A stretch of DNA of 64,000 nt. It comes from Lingula anatina (taxonomy: Eukaryota; Animalia; Brachiopoda). The notes beneath the pieces are model-generated. The model did not search any database, had not been told where the DNA came from, and saw nothing but the letters and a program-made list of their open reading frames with translations. The DNA lies in contig CM120640.1 in NCBI GenBank assembly GCA_051362555.1, positions 62,102,788 through 62,166,787 of the forward strand. The letters are read 5' to 3'. Both the position numbers and the translations under genes were made by a program. Positions within the stretch are counted from its first letter, which is position 1; each line of letters begins with the position of its first letter. Below, one piece after another: positions 40,875-55,469 of this stretch.

Positions 40875-41886
40875 GAAAACAAAGTGCACTCCTTGCACAA
40901 CACGATCATTCTCTCCTTACAAGGTTCTTATCATTAATACCTGGATCTACAATGTAAGCCAAAAACTATCAAACATGTACATGGTTTCACAGTGTTACTT
41001 TCAATCACTGCCAAAATCTCTGAGAGAACTGTGAAAAATGAAATGAATCTCTGTTCAGTTCACAGAGGCCAGCTGTAGAAGGATACACTGCAGATAGTCT
41101 GCCAGCTGTAAATTAAGCAACACTAAAGGGGCTGTTCCCTGGATTGGGTTGTATCAAATCTTCCAATCTTATTTTCAACTGGCCTGTCCTTACATCAGAG
41201 GGCAGTGTTACATGTACATCCTTTTTAAGCTCAGAAATCACTACCCCTGCCCAAATATTTCATTTAAATAAGGAGCCAAAGGGGAGGAATGTAAACATAC
41301 ACCTGTCTGATGCCCATTGAAGAAATGGTGGTCTTCTGAAGACACACGTACATCTCTGAGGAATTTTATAAGTAATGAACTCATTGGGGTGTAAGTCAGT
41401 TATTTCTTGTAAACTGTCAGCCACAGCAGTGAGATACATTTTATATTTACTCCCAAACCCTATGAACAGCCCCTTTAAGTACAAGTATTAGACATGTTAG
41501 TAAATGCCTAGAGCTTGTATGTACACATCACCCTAAGTAAGTAAGTGGATTCCAGTGGTTTCATCCTTCCCTTCTGAGGTACTGATAATTGGCCACTGAT
41601 AGAAAATGCATCTATTTATATACACCTCATCAAGCAATTTGGAACCAGTGAAATCAAGAGTTTTGTATAATACACTTAAGATTAAAGTGGTATTACTTTT
41701 AACTTGAATTTTTTAGCATCAGTTTCATGTAAAATAATTATAAATCACTTAGAATAATCTTTAAAGTCAGTTTACATTAACTTAGCACTTTCTACAAGTA
41801 TATCATACATTTGTTCTGGCATTAACTTCTTTCTACTTTGTTCAGCAAAATCACACATTCCATGTTTACCTAAAATGTCAAAATGC

Positions 41887-44800
41887 CTAACTCTTCCTTT
41901 TACCCTGTCCTTTTGGTTCTGACATATTATCTCCTCCGCCATCAGCATCAACAATCTCCAGAGCCAACATGCCAGTGAAGAAGGTAAAGGCCACCATGGA
42001 ACTAAGAGCAAACAGTACAGCCAGAACAATGTTCCTGGTCCTGTGAGGAAAGTCACCCAGCTCTTGTGCCCGGGCTTTCTCAGCCTCCTCCCGTTTTCTT
42101 TTCTCTTCTAGTTCTGGAGATAAGGAGTACATCAAAATTAACTGATTACGTATGTAAGACCCAGGCTGGTCTAAGGGAGGACATACCTTCAGCTCTGCCA
42201 ATTCATTATTTTTTACATAGTGAAACATGCTGAGAGCAGGAATATTTTTATTCCTTTTTTGGTCTAATCTAATTTTCTGATTCTGGATTGGATATGCCAA
42301 TGTTCACTTTCAAAAAGTGAAGAAAAAAAATGAAGCCTTAAATGGTATAATATAATATTAAGAAAAAAATTTTAAACAGCAGATGACCAGAAATAGAAAA
42401 AGATGGAGAGATAAAAGGCAATGTAGACAGTCTAAAAGCCATGTCAGGAGACATCTCTAGCTTCCAGGTGAAAGGCAAGAAACCAATATACTTCTACAAA
42501 TGCCTTATGTTAATGGAGAGGTTAAATTTATTTGCAACAGTCTAACAACAAGAAAACTACACCCTTAGCTGCTCATGATTTGATGAGTACAATGTTCATG
42601 ATTTGATGAGTAGCAGTATAGGGATCTAGTCCAAATATATTAGAAAAAATCTCCCGAATCAATCTGTACAGTGGTTCTATGACCCAGGCTGAAAATTCAT
42701 GTATTTTTGACTCAATATGACAAAACAAAAGTGCTTCTTGAGTTCAAAATTCAAAGCATGCTATACAAAAAAAAAAGATGTTTTGATTTCAGTAGTCTCC
42801 ATCCTATCACTAGTTTAATCATATAAATAGTTCAACCTTGTAGCATTAACAAAAGCCTGTTTGGATTTAGTTTTTTTTTTTTTTGTTTTTCAGACTGTAT
42901 GGCAATTTTATCAATGTACCTATATTGGCGTAGAGAAAAAAAAATAAATGAAATTCCTCACACTGCCAGGGCTAAGCTAAAATGTGAGTGGACCTTGCCT
43001 GCAATTTTCAGTAAAAACAATAGCCAATTAAATTTTCTTTAAAAGTACTGTGAGAGCCGTTTTCTAAATTTATTTTGATTTTCACACCCAACACTGGTTT
43101 TCATTTACACCTCAGGTGTGAACTAAGGACTTACATGGGACAAAGGGGCAGCAAATAACCTACAAAAACTCCTAAAATTCTTGATGCAATTAGGAATTTG
43201 TTACTTAAATGTGGCACATTTGTCACTTGTCCTCGGGGTATTATGAAATACTTACACCCTGCTGTACTTAATAAGCCACCATCCAGGCTATATATCAAAA
43301 CAAACCATGTTACATAATATTTTACACTGACTAGACAGCAATATGTCAATTAAGGTTGCAGGTGAAAGCCAGTTATCCACAAAAGATTTGGTATCATATC
43401 TATCATGGCCACGGTGGCTAAGCAACAAAAAAAATATGAAAAAAAAGCTGATAACAGGCATAAAAGGTGTAATTGTGGATGTGAAAGAAATCTGAGTAAA
43501 GTTCAACCAAAGACAGGAAGTACATACAGATATAAAATTCAAGTTGAGGTTTGTCATATAATAATTAAAAAGGACTGCCATTATATGCCAGTAATAACCA
43601 AATCATGCTTTAAAAATGAAAATCATACAAATGTTGTAAGAGACTTACATAAAACTGGGTTTAAGTTAAAATATTTGATTTACTGTCTTAAAAATGCAAT
43701 TCATTTTCTGTTTACGCAAGGGGCACCATATCCTAGTGTATTTTGACCTTACTCCAGTTTGTATCTGTAGACATTAAAGTTTAACTGTTACAAATAAAAA
43801 ATAAAAATGCTATAAGTTACAATCATACTTTAAGATGCTATAGCAAATGCCAGCAACAAAACTGACACAGGTTATAACATAGAAAGTTTTAATGCAAAAA
43901 TAATGTACCTTCTCTGCTTAGTGGGAAGTATTTGCTCAGTATCCGGCTGCAAAGCTGACACAGGTTATCACAGGTGCCAAGATGCTTGGACAAGGGGTTC
44001 ACTGGTAAGGGGGCTTTCAACATTGGGGCCAGATAACCAAAAACTATGGCATCTAATGATGATGGGCTGAAAAAGCAACCGTGTTACAGGTTAGATAAAT
44101 GAAAACCAAAAATTAGAGAGTTCACCACTGAAACAGTAAATGAAAAGGAACAATGTAGCAGCTGAAGGAGTGATTTGATATTTAGTGAGGTTGTGTTAAA
44201 TTAAAAAGAAAAAAAAAACAGTGGATTTTCAGAGTGCATTTTCAGATCACATTCAAAATCAAAGGGCAATGAAAGGAAAATGCTGTAGAATATACAGAAA
44301 GGAAAAGGAAAATTGTGTCATAGATTTAAATGCAATTAAATACAAACGTTTATTTAATATTTAAAAACCACATGTTAAAAGTCACAAGAAAAGTTAAAAG
44401 TCAGGACTCATACATGTACCTTGTGCTATTGAGTTAAATGAAAAAAAAAATTCACATACAGTGCAGCTCATAACAGCCCTACAAACACCCATTGCTTACA
44501 CTGGATGTGGATAGTGTGTTTGCATTATCTAAAAATATTGTTTAGATGCCGAAGAGAAACAGAAGACTTACGTCTTGCCAAAGAAGAAGGGTTTATTTCC
44601 CAATCTCTTTGAAAGTAATGTAATGCACTCTTGGGCTTCCTTGTAAATCTGAAAATGAAAAGATGTTAACATAGAAAATACATCCCTTTTCTATTAACTT
44701 ACACCAATATATACACAAAAATGTATTCCAAAGTTCTGTAGAGAGGTAATTACATTACAGTTTAACCATCTATCAATAAGAACATGTATACTTATTATCT

Positions 44801-47800
44801 CACACGTGTCGCGCATTTCTAGAAGCGATGTTATGTTCAATAAATAAAGTACAGAATTCTCCTCAGTATCCAATATCTGTGCAGAATGTAATAACCACAC
44901 CAGTATCTGTCTGCTTGACGCAAGTGACAAATTGAGATCTGATCAAGATGTCATTCGAGTTCGCTAACAACTAATATAATGAAGTGCCACAAGGGCACAA
45001 TGACGCTGTCATGAGACCAAATAAACTGTTTGCACATCTCACAACAAGACGAGATGTTATTAAAAGCATGAAACGTTCACCTTAAAAGTAATGAACACCA
45101 GCCACAAAAATAATAACAATAATGATCTTTGGGTAACAGTCAAAAGTATTGGATACCTTTGGGGGAAGGTGAATGACATGAAGGAAAGGATGAGCTCCCC
45201 AGTATTATCCTGACAGTTCATATCAGTATAAGCAAGCAATTAATCTACATCCTGGACGTTAACATAGGTTTAGTTGAAACTGTCTGAATGTGTCCACGGT
45301 TTGATACCCTGGACAATGTTATTGCAAAGTTGACAAACAACAATACAAAGACTGGTTTCATAGTTTTTACGGTTTTTTTTTTTTTCACTGGACTACTATT
45401 ATAAACCATGAACCACGCAGTCAAGTATGAAATATTATTGAATATTTAAGATGATTTTAAATCCCACCACATTTTCTTTTATTACACAAATTTCTGATAA
45501 AAATTCTCCATTTACAAAAATTTAGCTTGTAAAATGTCTGCATGTCTCACATACCCTACCCCGAGCTCAAAAAGAAAAAAAGTTTCAATTATAGCAGCTC
45601 AGCAGTTAGATAAAATACATGATCATAACACGGTCACATAACCATGAAATTGTGTGCCTCATAGAACTTTTTTCTGTCAAATTCAAAATGTCAAATGGCT
45701 ATAATATGACCCCATACCACCATATAGGTTATTACAAGAATAATGTGGATGTATCTCATCAAGACTGTAATGTCTTTCACATTAGATAAATCAATGAGGA
45801 GAAAACTGCTTTTCACTTCACTGACACTATCTCTTTGATCCAACATGAATCTTCTAATTTTACTCTCAGTGTTCCGCCTACACAACTTTTGCAGAAAATG
45901 AGCAATTTGCTCACCTTTCAATCAAAGGAAGACCTTTTAAAGTTGATTTAGCCTCTTTACAGTGCTTTAAAGTGTATTTAGTTTGCATTTTTTTCAGGCC
46001 AAATTACAAGCACACTTCAGCACCTCATCTCATGAATAGTATCTTTACATAACCATCTGATTGTTTACTTTTGATGCTCTTTGTGTAAACTTCAATCAGA
46101 GAGACTTGATTTCTGTTCTAAAATTGGAAATGATTTTTCACAGAAATCTACCAATTGATATTGTCATTTTCACAAGTAAAGTAAACTTGACTTAATGCAG
46201 CAAAGCGGTATAAAATAAGACAAACACTTTATCGTGGTTTATTACATTTCTGACTGCTTAGATTGGTCTCTTAGAGTAACACATATGTTGTGAAGTTGAA
46301 TGCTAATAATTCTATAAATGGGTAGATGCAAGTAAAACTTAAGACACACGCACCATAGTTCATACTATCATCAACGGAGAGTATGAATACTCATACATGC
46401 ACATTATTTAATTTCATACCAAATTTTCCTTCTCTTGCGGAGTCATTTCTAGGTGTGGATAACATTCTGTCTCCACTCTATCTGTGGCAGCTTTATGCAT
46501 TCTGTTAGGCACATATAAACTCTGTGGGAACCCCACAGCACTGCCATACCAGGGCCTTGTGATGTCTATAAACACCTGAGAATTTCCCCACCACAAATGA
46601 AGCTGGAAAGAAATGAAAATTTGGATAATTCAAAATAAATATGTTTTTTTTTCTTATTTATAAGCTGCCTCATAGAGGTGAAAGATAGAAATATTCATAT
46701 CTAAAACTTAGGAGATCCTTAAAAACATGACTAGAATGCAAAACATTGATTAAAATGCTTTTCAGTAAAACAGTTTTAATATTTCATATTTTGTCAGCTA
46801 AATGAGCAACACAACATTTCATATCATAACATTCTCACAGCTTTTCTTGATTCACCAGTAAAAGTCAAGTTTAAATGGGTGGGTTGTATTTCACTTTTGC
46901 ATCAATTTATTTTGGTGCAGTATAAATTTTGTTTTTTGATGAAGGCATTTTTAAGTCAGAATTTTGTTTATTAACACACCAGGGGTATATTCTGATTCAA
47001 CAACAATGCATTTAACTAAGTTGGGATAATTAACTTACAACAGGGTTGAAATAAGTTCCACAGGGCAAGCATAACAGAAGCAAGGAATACCGTCCTAACT
47101 TCCCTGAAAAGGGGTCTACAGGTATAAAAATCTACATCTACTGAAATAAAATGTTTAAAAAAGGGCACACTTCTCACTCCTGCTGGAGGCCCACTAGAAG
47201 TTTATTGCTAAGTGGACCAAATACTTCAAAGTACAAATTTTCCAGTGCTTTTTGATAGGGATGTATTTGCCTTGTACTGATGGGTACACTCAAGATAAGT
47301 ATCCATTGCCTGGCATGTCAGATCTAATGAGCCATGAGAAGCACAACAGTGTCCTGATGGCTGAACAAGACCCATGTGACCTATGCTGATTTAACATCAG
47401 GTAAATTTTACCAAAAATTATGTTCCCAATGGATACCATCTTTCCCAAGAGTCTGGATTTTTAGAACAACACACCATTTTTGCCCTTGTAATTCTGAGTT
47501 TGCATGTCTAATCCAATAATTGTTTGTTGTGAAATGTTTACCACCTCTGCTGAAATCAGGTTTTTTTGATTGGGACTTTCATAAAACAAAGTGTTTTTGT
47601 GACCTTGGTTGGCTAACCAAATGTCAAATGCCCGATTAAATGAACAACACAGAAATTGAACATCACATGCAACACTTACAAGTACCAGCACTCTTAGGGC
47701 ACATTCAGAACAGATGATCCGAGTACTAACTGATCCACCAACTAAATATGGCCGCCCCCCACTTCAAAAGCAGTGCCGCTAATTCCATGATGCCGGTGCC

Positions 47801-50800
47801 GCTAATTCCTAGCAATGAAACATTGTAGCCAAGATTTAATCCATTTAATGGTGCGTGTGGAGGTAGGGAGACCATCAGGAATCAGCACATCGTTTTTGAA
47901 GTGGGGTCGGCCATATTTAGTTGGCGGATCCGTTAGTTGGCATCTCTTCTTATTCTGAATGCGCTCATATACTAATATATTTGATCTTTGTTTTTCTTCC
48001 CATCTCTCGTTTGGTTTTCCTTACTTTTCATCAGTTAAGGTATAGGTCTACTGAACACATCTGAACATTTCCCAAAGTCATATTTCTATACCTACATATC
48101 TTGCAAAGCTCTTAATCTTTCCCAATTCAGACCATCAAAGCTTAAAAATCCATTAAGTAAAAGTGCTTGAAGTTGACAGTTCCTTTTGAAATGTACTGGA
48201 AGACATGGTGTTGTTAATGTCTGGTTCTGAAACTTAAAAATGGAATAAACCATTGAATCCAAGCTAAGTGATGGGTTCATCTATGATTCAGCAGTAAGAG
48301 CTTTTCCCCCTACCCCAGAAAATTCATTTGGCAGTTAAACCCTGCATAGAAAACCTTGAACGCAGATTTTCTTTTGGCCTAGCCATCTGCCAGAACATCA
48401 TTTTAATGATTTTAATGAGCAGCTGCTATAGTCATATCAAAGGGATTTAGATTACTTTAAATGAAAAAAAATGTAGGTCACGAATGAATAAAAACAACCA
48501 CTACATGTTATGGTTCAGACATTCTAGAAACAATGACTCTTACAATGTACCTGGAGAGAGTTTATTAAATTCTTGGGGAAATCATTAATCATTCTGTTGT
48601 TCTGGAATATGATCTAAATTGCATGCACATTGTTTTCAAAGTACTGCTACATTGTCTTTATTCTGTAAGCTTCAAAATACCAGCATGTTTTGCTGTGGAT
48701 TATTTCTTTTGGCTACGTCAGTTACACATACAATTATTGATTATATTGCCTTGATGCTTTTTTGACTAATGTCTCTCCAAACAATGGTAAGACCTTGAGC
48801 CAGGTGAACAGATTTTAGTTCAAGATTCCATTGGAGGTAGCTGTGCATGTCTGTTGTCACTTAATTGTTTTAGGGAACATTCAGATTCACACACTGTACT
48901 AGCTGGGTTGGTCCACCTCTGGATTCTTGCTGAAGTGCAATCAGCACACATTAGTTGACTACCCCCTAGCTGCTGGAGGAGGGTTGTCAGACAATTAAGC
49001 TGATTCCACTGATGGCACTCTAATAAGTATCCTCTACGGAGTGGGATCGACCCAGCTAGTATGATGTGTGAATCTGAATGCAGTCTTTTTTTTCAACATT
49101 GCTGCCGGAAAACTAACTTCATTAATCAGTAATTAGCACATCTGTCTGGATTATACTCCACTACTGCATTCTAAAATATCACCTCTGGGCTGTTCATCAG
49201 AGTATGCACTTAAACAACAAAAAACAAATGTTCATTATTCTGTTAGCTGTAGGCAGTTACTTATTTAGCCAAATAAATGAGAATGGCCACTGTCTATCAA
49301 GCCCTGGTTTAAAATTATATCTGGTTTGAAAAATACAGTTAGCTTTAAACTTCAAAGAACTGCTGGTGACTTACTAATGTCACTTAGTGTCTGACTATCA
49401 GTATGTCTGTCATGGTGACTTACTAATGTCACTTAGTGTCTGACTATCAGTATGTCTGTCATGGTGACTTGCTAATGTCACTCAGTGTCTGTCTATCAGT
49501 ATGTCTGTCAGTCTGAATGGACATCAACAACAAAAAAAAACATACAAATAAACTATACAAAAACAAATAAATCAAAATAAATTAAAATCAAAATAAATTA
49601 ATATACATATAAATAGATGAATGGATAGACAAAAGTAGGAAGGGAAGAAAGGGTGGATGCATAGATCGATGCAAACTTTTAAGATCACATTTTTGAAAAA
49701 CAACCAAATGGATCACATAAATTTAGGTTAACTTAATTTTCATCATTTGCAGGACACTGTATCTTATAAGCTAACCATGTACTTATCCTTAGTATTTAAA
49801 TCATTTCAAGATTCTGTGTGTCTTTCAACATCTTAATTTGCAGTTATACATGTACCTGTGTTAGGCAATGGGAAACAGTGGCATGATACACAAATCAAAA
49901 GCACTGCTTAATGAAATTATACAATTCATCATAAATTCAAACCTGGTTCAATGAAGGACGCATTTATCCAATCAAGTTTGAGATTAAATGATTGCATGAA
50001 TGACCGAACCTTTGCCATTCTCCGCATCTCCAATGCTACACACAGATCAATAACCTATTACTTAGTATGGGATAAGGGATTTTGCATGCCGTGTTGTTCC
50101 CAATAAAGAAAATTAATTTTTACTTCATCCTTGAATGCATATACCTTAAAAGCAACAGTTGATTCATAACTGAGAAGCAAGAAGTAATGTGACTTATCTA
50201 CAAATGCACAATTTTAACAGGCTTAGTCTCTTAATGACCTTCATTAAGTTTAGACCAGTTTTTCATCAAGGCTTTATGATTGTCATGGACTATTTGCATA
50301 TTTATGAATGGAAGGTCATCATCTTCAATCTCCTATATAACTTTAATACTTTTATACTTACTATGGCAGGAAGAAGTTTTGTTTCCAACAGAGAAGTGAA
50401 TGCCAATATATCAGCGCTTTGCTTAGAATTCAGTTCAAAATCTATCCCCCAGTTCTGGAATAAAATAACTCAAATAAATACTGCATTCTTATTTTCCTAT
50501 CTTTTTTGTAAAGAAATCATCATCATCAATATATTGTAATATATTCTAGTTTTTCTTTTCATCCATATTTGTTTTTTAGTCATTTCATCAAATAGAACAG
50601 ACATATTTTATCAATCATTCTGAAAGTGACGAAATTGAAGTTGACTTGCTTATTCTTTTTTAGTGTATACCTTGCGTCTCAGGTAGCTGAAGATATCTGT
50701 TACTTTTGTGTAGGCACTCCCATTGTGACGGAGAACCGGCAAACAGCCTGGAGACACAATCACGGAACAACCAAATTAAAAAACACATTCATGTGCACCT

Positions 50801-53800
50801 ACCACAATGATTACAAATAGAAATAACAGTTCATCAATGAAAAAAAGTAATGCAAGTGGTCACATAAATATTTTTAAGGAGCGGATGTACCCAAATATAG
50901 CTAAAAATAGCCATTTTTGGTTTTTTCTGTCTAATTATTGGTTAAACGTGTATCTAACGTTTAACAGAATAAAATTTTTACATTTTGAACAAAAAATTTG
51001 TTTTTTCTGATTATTCTGATGCTGCACACATCGACATCGGTGACCTGGTATATGCCCCGCCTTCGTTGTCAAGGGCCGTTGGCATGGGTAAACTCGGTGG
51101 GCGGACCTTAGCAGCATCAGCACGTCTAGGGAAACAATAGAACAGGGATGCGCCATGCCCCCTTTGTCATAAACAGCGATCGGCAAAGCAGTGCCTATTG
51201 TTCCGCTTAAGCTGTTTTGATAGTCTCTCTTGATTGTGATCAGCGCTAAGATGAATCTTTTCCGACACATTGGATTTGCTCGAAATACTCGTTCTCCCTT
51301 GAATATTGCTTGTTGTTACACGCGTTCTTTCGATTTTCTTGTTAACTTTTTGAGATACGCAAAAGAAAAGAAGAAAATTCCGTTGCTTGCTACCCGTGAC
51401 AACAATAGTCATTCTTTCTATCCATTTTCGCCAACAGGTCGATGCAGTTTAGTGTTAGATTTTAAAAATATACATGGGGGTAACTAGGCATACGCACGGA
51501 TGCACTGTGCGTACATTTTTTTGGCCAACCATGATATTATTTTATATAAATTTAGTGTATTTTTCACGGAATATAAAGAAATTCTCTGCTTATCAAAGTC
51601 ACCTGTATGAACAAATCCTCTGTATCAATTGTATAGGCACAATTGTTCTGACACCCCCCTCCCCCCGTCTTGCATACTTTTATTGAACTGAGGTAAACAA
51701 TGCCTGAAACCTTAACAAGTTTTATCTTAATCGTCCATCTAACTGGAACTTCCTTTACCTCTTTATTGGAGGGTTCAGTGGCCCACAACTCACCTGAAGC
51801 CTCGCTGGCAATATTTATCTCAGGTAAAAATCTACCTGTGTGTTATTTTCAAAGAGCAGCTCACGCAACCCTGAGGGCATTAGATAAAATCTGGACACCA
51901 GGTTTCATAAGGAGCTAGAGAAACGAAGGAAGGATTTTTCCTGCAAAGCGTCAAAGAATTTTGACACGGACTTGACCCAGCTTATCCCTCCAAACTAATA
52001 GGGTGACATGGACAATTTTTACAAACATATAATAAAACTTAGATGTATCAGAGCTCTGTCGTGTCGTACAATTGGTTGTTATGGGGAGCCATGCATCCAC
52101 ATGTAAGGTTAATGAAATCTAATGTTAGTTCAACTCAGAGGCGGATCCAGGATTATTCGAAGGGCGTTCCACGTATGCGAAGCTAGCCTCCTTTTAAATA
52201 AATATACCATTCTGGGTAATAACTTTATTGAAACTTTTTTAATTGCGAGAATATTTCTGACTAAATGATGTTTTATTATTAATGGAAATTAAGCTGCGGT
52301 GTGTGGTACATATGCTGTGATTACGCTGTCCTTCATCTCTTGCGTTAGTCTATATTTTGCTGGGAATGTAAAAAATCTGTGCGTACAATTTTTTTAAGGT
52401 CTGGTTACGCCCCTGAATCTATGCAACTTGGGCAATTCGGCCCTAGCATCGAGGCTCAACTCCTATTTATTTCTGCTTACCATTGGTAATCGGAAAATCA
52501 ACAATGATAATATCTAACCTTTCCACCTGTTTTCGAACCATTTTTCGCTTGGCGAATGTGGACAAGACCGCATGCGATGCTGCTATTGTGTGCACATCCT
52601 AGAGCGCATCCCTAACACTTGCCCCGACGGCAATTGACGTGGCCACTGATTGCTTGGGTCATTAGGGCTTACTAGATTGCCTGTCAATCATTCTGGCAGT
52701 GCTAGCGGTAACCCCTTGAAGTTACTAACAGGAGGTGAGATTGATACAAAAATAAGATTTTCTGACATCCAAATACATGCAAACAAGCTAATTTCAACCG
52801 GCAAAAGAGTACCCATCTTCGCGATCGTCAGAACGATAACAGGTAAAGCTGTCAACAATTTTATTTGCTTATATGGACAATTAACTTCACTGAAAGGATT
52901 TTTGCTCGTTTTCTTTGCTTTCAATATTGACGAGATAGCGTTATCTTAACAAGCTTTAACTATCTACCTGTACACCTGAGGGAGACCAAATTCACCATGC
53001 TAATTATGAACAGTATGCTCTAAAAGTGCTTTTTAAGAAATTTTGATTGATCCTCTCTTTTCTAATTTATAGACTTTGAAAGTGAAAATTTCCTAATATT
53101 TTGATGTAATTTCACGTTTTTATAGATAAAATCAACAATAAGTGTCTGAAGAAAAATCCCTGACTCCATGCTGTAGTACTTTGTTCAAGTGTCATAATGA
53201 CATCAAAAGCAAGTTTATAGCTGTCCAGGTGCCTGAGAAAATCAGGTGTATAAAAATGGTGTTTTTGTCCCCAAAATCCCAATATTACGTCACACGATGA
53301 AGTTAAAGCTGTGTTCCAAGCATAATTAGATATTTTGAAGATACGTTAAATGAATGTGACAGGAATAAAAAAGCCAAGACCTTTATTTTAAGAGAAAATC
53401 TCAAACCTACATTCCCTCCTTAAAGCTGCAAATATATACATGCTATAGATATTAAAAGAAATCACTTGAAAAGACAAAAGTAATAAAAGTTCATTTACAC
53501 ATTAGAGGGTGGGATAGCCGTTGGACACTCAAAACTGATCAAGCTAATCTTGGGAGAGTTTATACTCTAATCATGTATGTTTCTATTGACAGTATTTTTA
53601 AAAGATTTTCCGAGATAGTCTCCATGGAAAAAGCACTCATTTATTATATATACATCATGAAGCTCGGAGGAAGTAAAAGATGTGAGGGTCATATAGATAT
53701 AAAAACAAACAAACAAACAAACATCAATTAACATATAACATTGCCCTTGCAATATTAAATTAATGTAGAAATTATGAGACATAATCACTTACCAGTTGGT

Positions 53801-55168
53801 GACTTCCTTGGGTTGTTTGTGGCTTTAATATCAATACTGACACCAGAAAACTTGCAGTATGCCTGGAGACCAAAACAAGCTTGTTGTTGTTAAAGAACTC
53901 ATAATTTAAAAAAAAAAACAGTTATCATAGAAGTTAAACAAAATCATATGCAAAGGACATGCAATATACATTATTTCAATTATCATCCCTTAACACTTTT
54001 AATCACTGTTTAAATACAAGTATTTCTAGTAGTACATAATTTGATGGATACTAGCTTTCATGAAACATCTTGAAGTGTTTCATTTTAAAGTTATATTTTC
54101 TTTTCAGTCGCGTATGCATACACATTTTTTCCCAAAATTTGTATTAACCCCTAGTGCAAAGTTTATGTATCATATCTACATGCATCAAGAACGTGGGTAT
54201 AGTGAGATACTTGTCATCATGGCTATCTGCCATATACTGGTACTAGTTAGTTACATATGGTGTCAAATTTTTACCACAAGATCTAACTAAATTTCATCAT
54301 ATAGTCTACCATTGTTAATAGCATTTTTAAGAATGCCAAAGCATGCCATCTCATACTACCCAAATAGTGATATTTGAACAGATACTTTCTGCTTTTTTTC
54401 TGCACTGTACACAATGATGATGAGCTTTTGAGGAGGTACATGTACATTAAATTCATTGTAAATTCTTGTATTTTGTATCTTTTATACAAAGTTCACTTAA
54501 CATAATAAACCAAGTACCAATATTGCTTGACTTTAAATTCTTTAACCCAAATGTGTCCATGAAATAAAGTACAGGTGTTGTGCTTACTTCAGGGTTATCA
54601 ATGAACTGAACATACTTCAACCCCCTTGGTATATACAATGTACATGTGTATAACATTCTGCTGTTTCTGCCAACCTGCATTTGAATATTTATGCTATTGT
54701 GCCTGCAGCAGACATGCATTATACTTGTGTACAGCATATGATGGACTTTTATGAACTGGAAGGACGAATCAAATGGTCAAGTTAACAAACACAAAATTGA
54801 AGAAAATGCCATTTAAAAGCTATTTTTGGCTGACTGAGAGATTCAATATTTTTTTCCTTTGGTATGTCGACTTTATTTTCATGTGTAACTTTAACCACAG
54901 TTAGTAATAATACAATACTTCAGTGATGTAACATGTGATGCACCACCACACACATTTGCCAAATTAAGTTTTTTAAAAATTTGCTTGCTAGTATGAGGGT
55001 CAGATCTGCAAGATGTAAATTATTTAGTGCAAAATAATTGGTCGCAGTAAGACGCAGATCTGTCAATACTATTGATTAGCAACGCCTTACCAAGACAGTC
55101 AAACAATTGGTGTCTACAGACGGTAAATCCCAATCCCCCTTCCACACTTCCAAGTCCATGTCGGCCAT
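41887..55168 (-). CDS. MTX1: Metaxin-1/3-like mitochondrial outer-membrane SAM-complex protein, 8 exons, about 320 aa
   Basis: Exons on the - strand: 55168-55091 (MADMDLEVWKGDWDLPSVDTNCLTVL), 53862-53793 (AYCKFSG...NNPRKSPTG), 50747-50671 (CLPVLRH), 50454-50362 (QSADILAFTSLLETKLLPA), 46602-46420 (LWW...ITRPWY), 44648-44572 (EAQECITLLSKRLGNKPFFFG), 44066-43909 (PSSLDAIVFGYLAP) and 42113-41887 (DFPHRTRN plus C-terminal TM). Phases are consistent; total 963 nt. Confidence 0.92.
47697..47966. mobile_element. PIF/Harbinger-like MITE in metaxin intron
   Basis: tta|GGGCACATTCAGAA...TTCTGAATGCGCTC|ata, with long imperfect IRs (gatccaccaactaaatatggccg.ccccacttcaaaa / ttttgaagtggggtcggccatatttagttggcggatc). 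Confidence 0.7.
48873..49085. mobile_element. PIF/Harbinger-like MITE in metaxin intron
   Basis: GGGAACATTCAGATTCACACA..TACTAGCTGGGT pairs with ACCCAGCTAGTA..TGTGTGAATCTGAATGCAGTC. Same CATTCAGA terminal core as the 47697 element. Confidence 0.7.
49365..49510. repeat. Minisatellite, 3 x 49 bp
   Basis: Unit ggtgacttactaatgtcacttagtgtctgactatcagtatgtctgtcat starts at 49365, 49414 and 49463. Confidence 0.92.
51473..52415. mobile_element. Degenerate hAT-like non-autonomous element(s)
   Basis: Left CATGGGGGTAACTAG vs right CTGGTTACGCCCCTG, with tgtgcgtaca near both ends. An additional CAGAGGCGGATCCAGG terminus-like motif lies at 52136. TSD not preserved. Confidence 0.45.
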
Positions 55169-55469
55169 TTTGACCTAATTCAATCTTAACTAGGTCAAAA
55201 TTATTGCGCGCCTTTGAATGTTGCTCAAGAATAGATATATATGTCAAATAGATGGCTTGATTATTCTTGTTCATTCAGACCCACTTGCCATAAAACACAA
55301 TGAATATGGTATCATTAAAAATTCTTAAGGTATATCTTATTGCTCACTTTACTAATCCAATCCGAACTTTTTTGACCTATATTTTGACCGGTTGTTGTTG
55401 GGCACGTGGCACAGTTTACTTGTATATGCCACTTACTGATGCCGATCGAGAGGAATTGGTCCCTATAAG
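55169..55469. promoter_or_regulatory. Putative bidirectional promoter between metaxin and ADPGK
   Basis: Divergent ATGs at 55168 (-) and 55470 (+), with CpGs locally retained. E-box CACGTG at 55403-55408 and a YY1-like AAAATGGCCG overlapping the metaxin ATG. Confidence 0.65.

Noticed and set aside
49365-49510. Repeat array considered as CRISPR-like
   Set aside because: Units are contiguous near-identical tandem copies with no unique spacers, in a eukaryotic intron with no cas genes.
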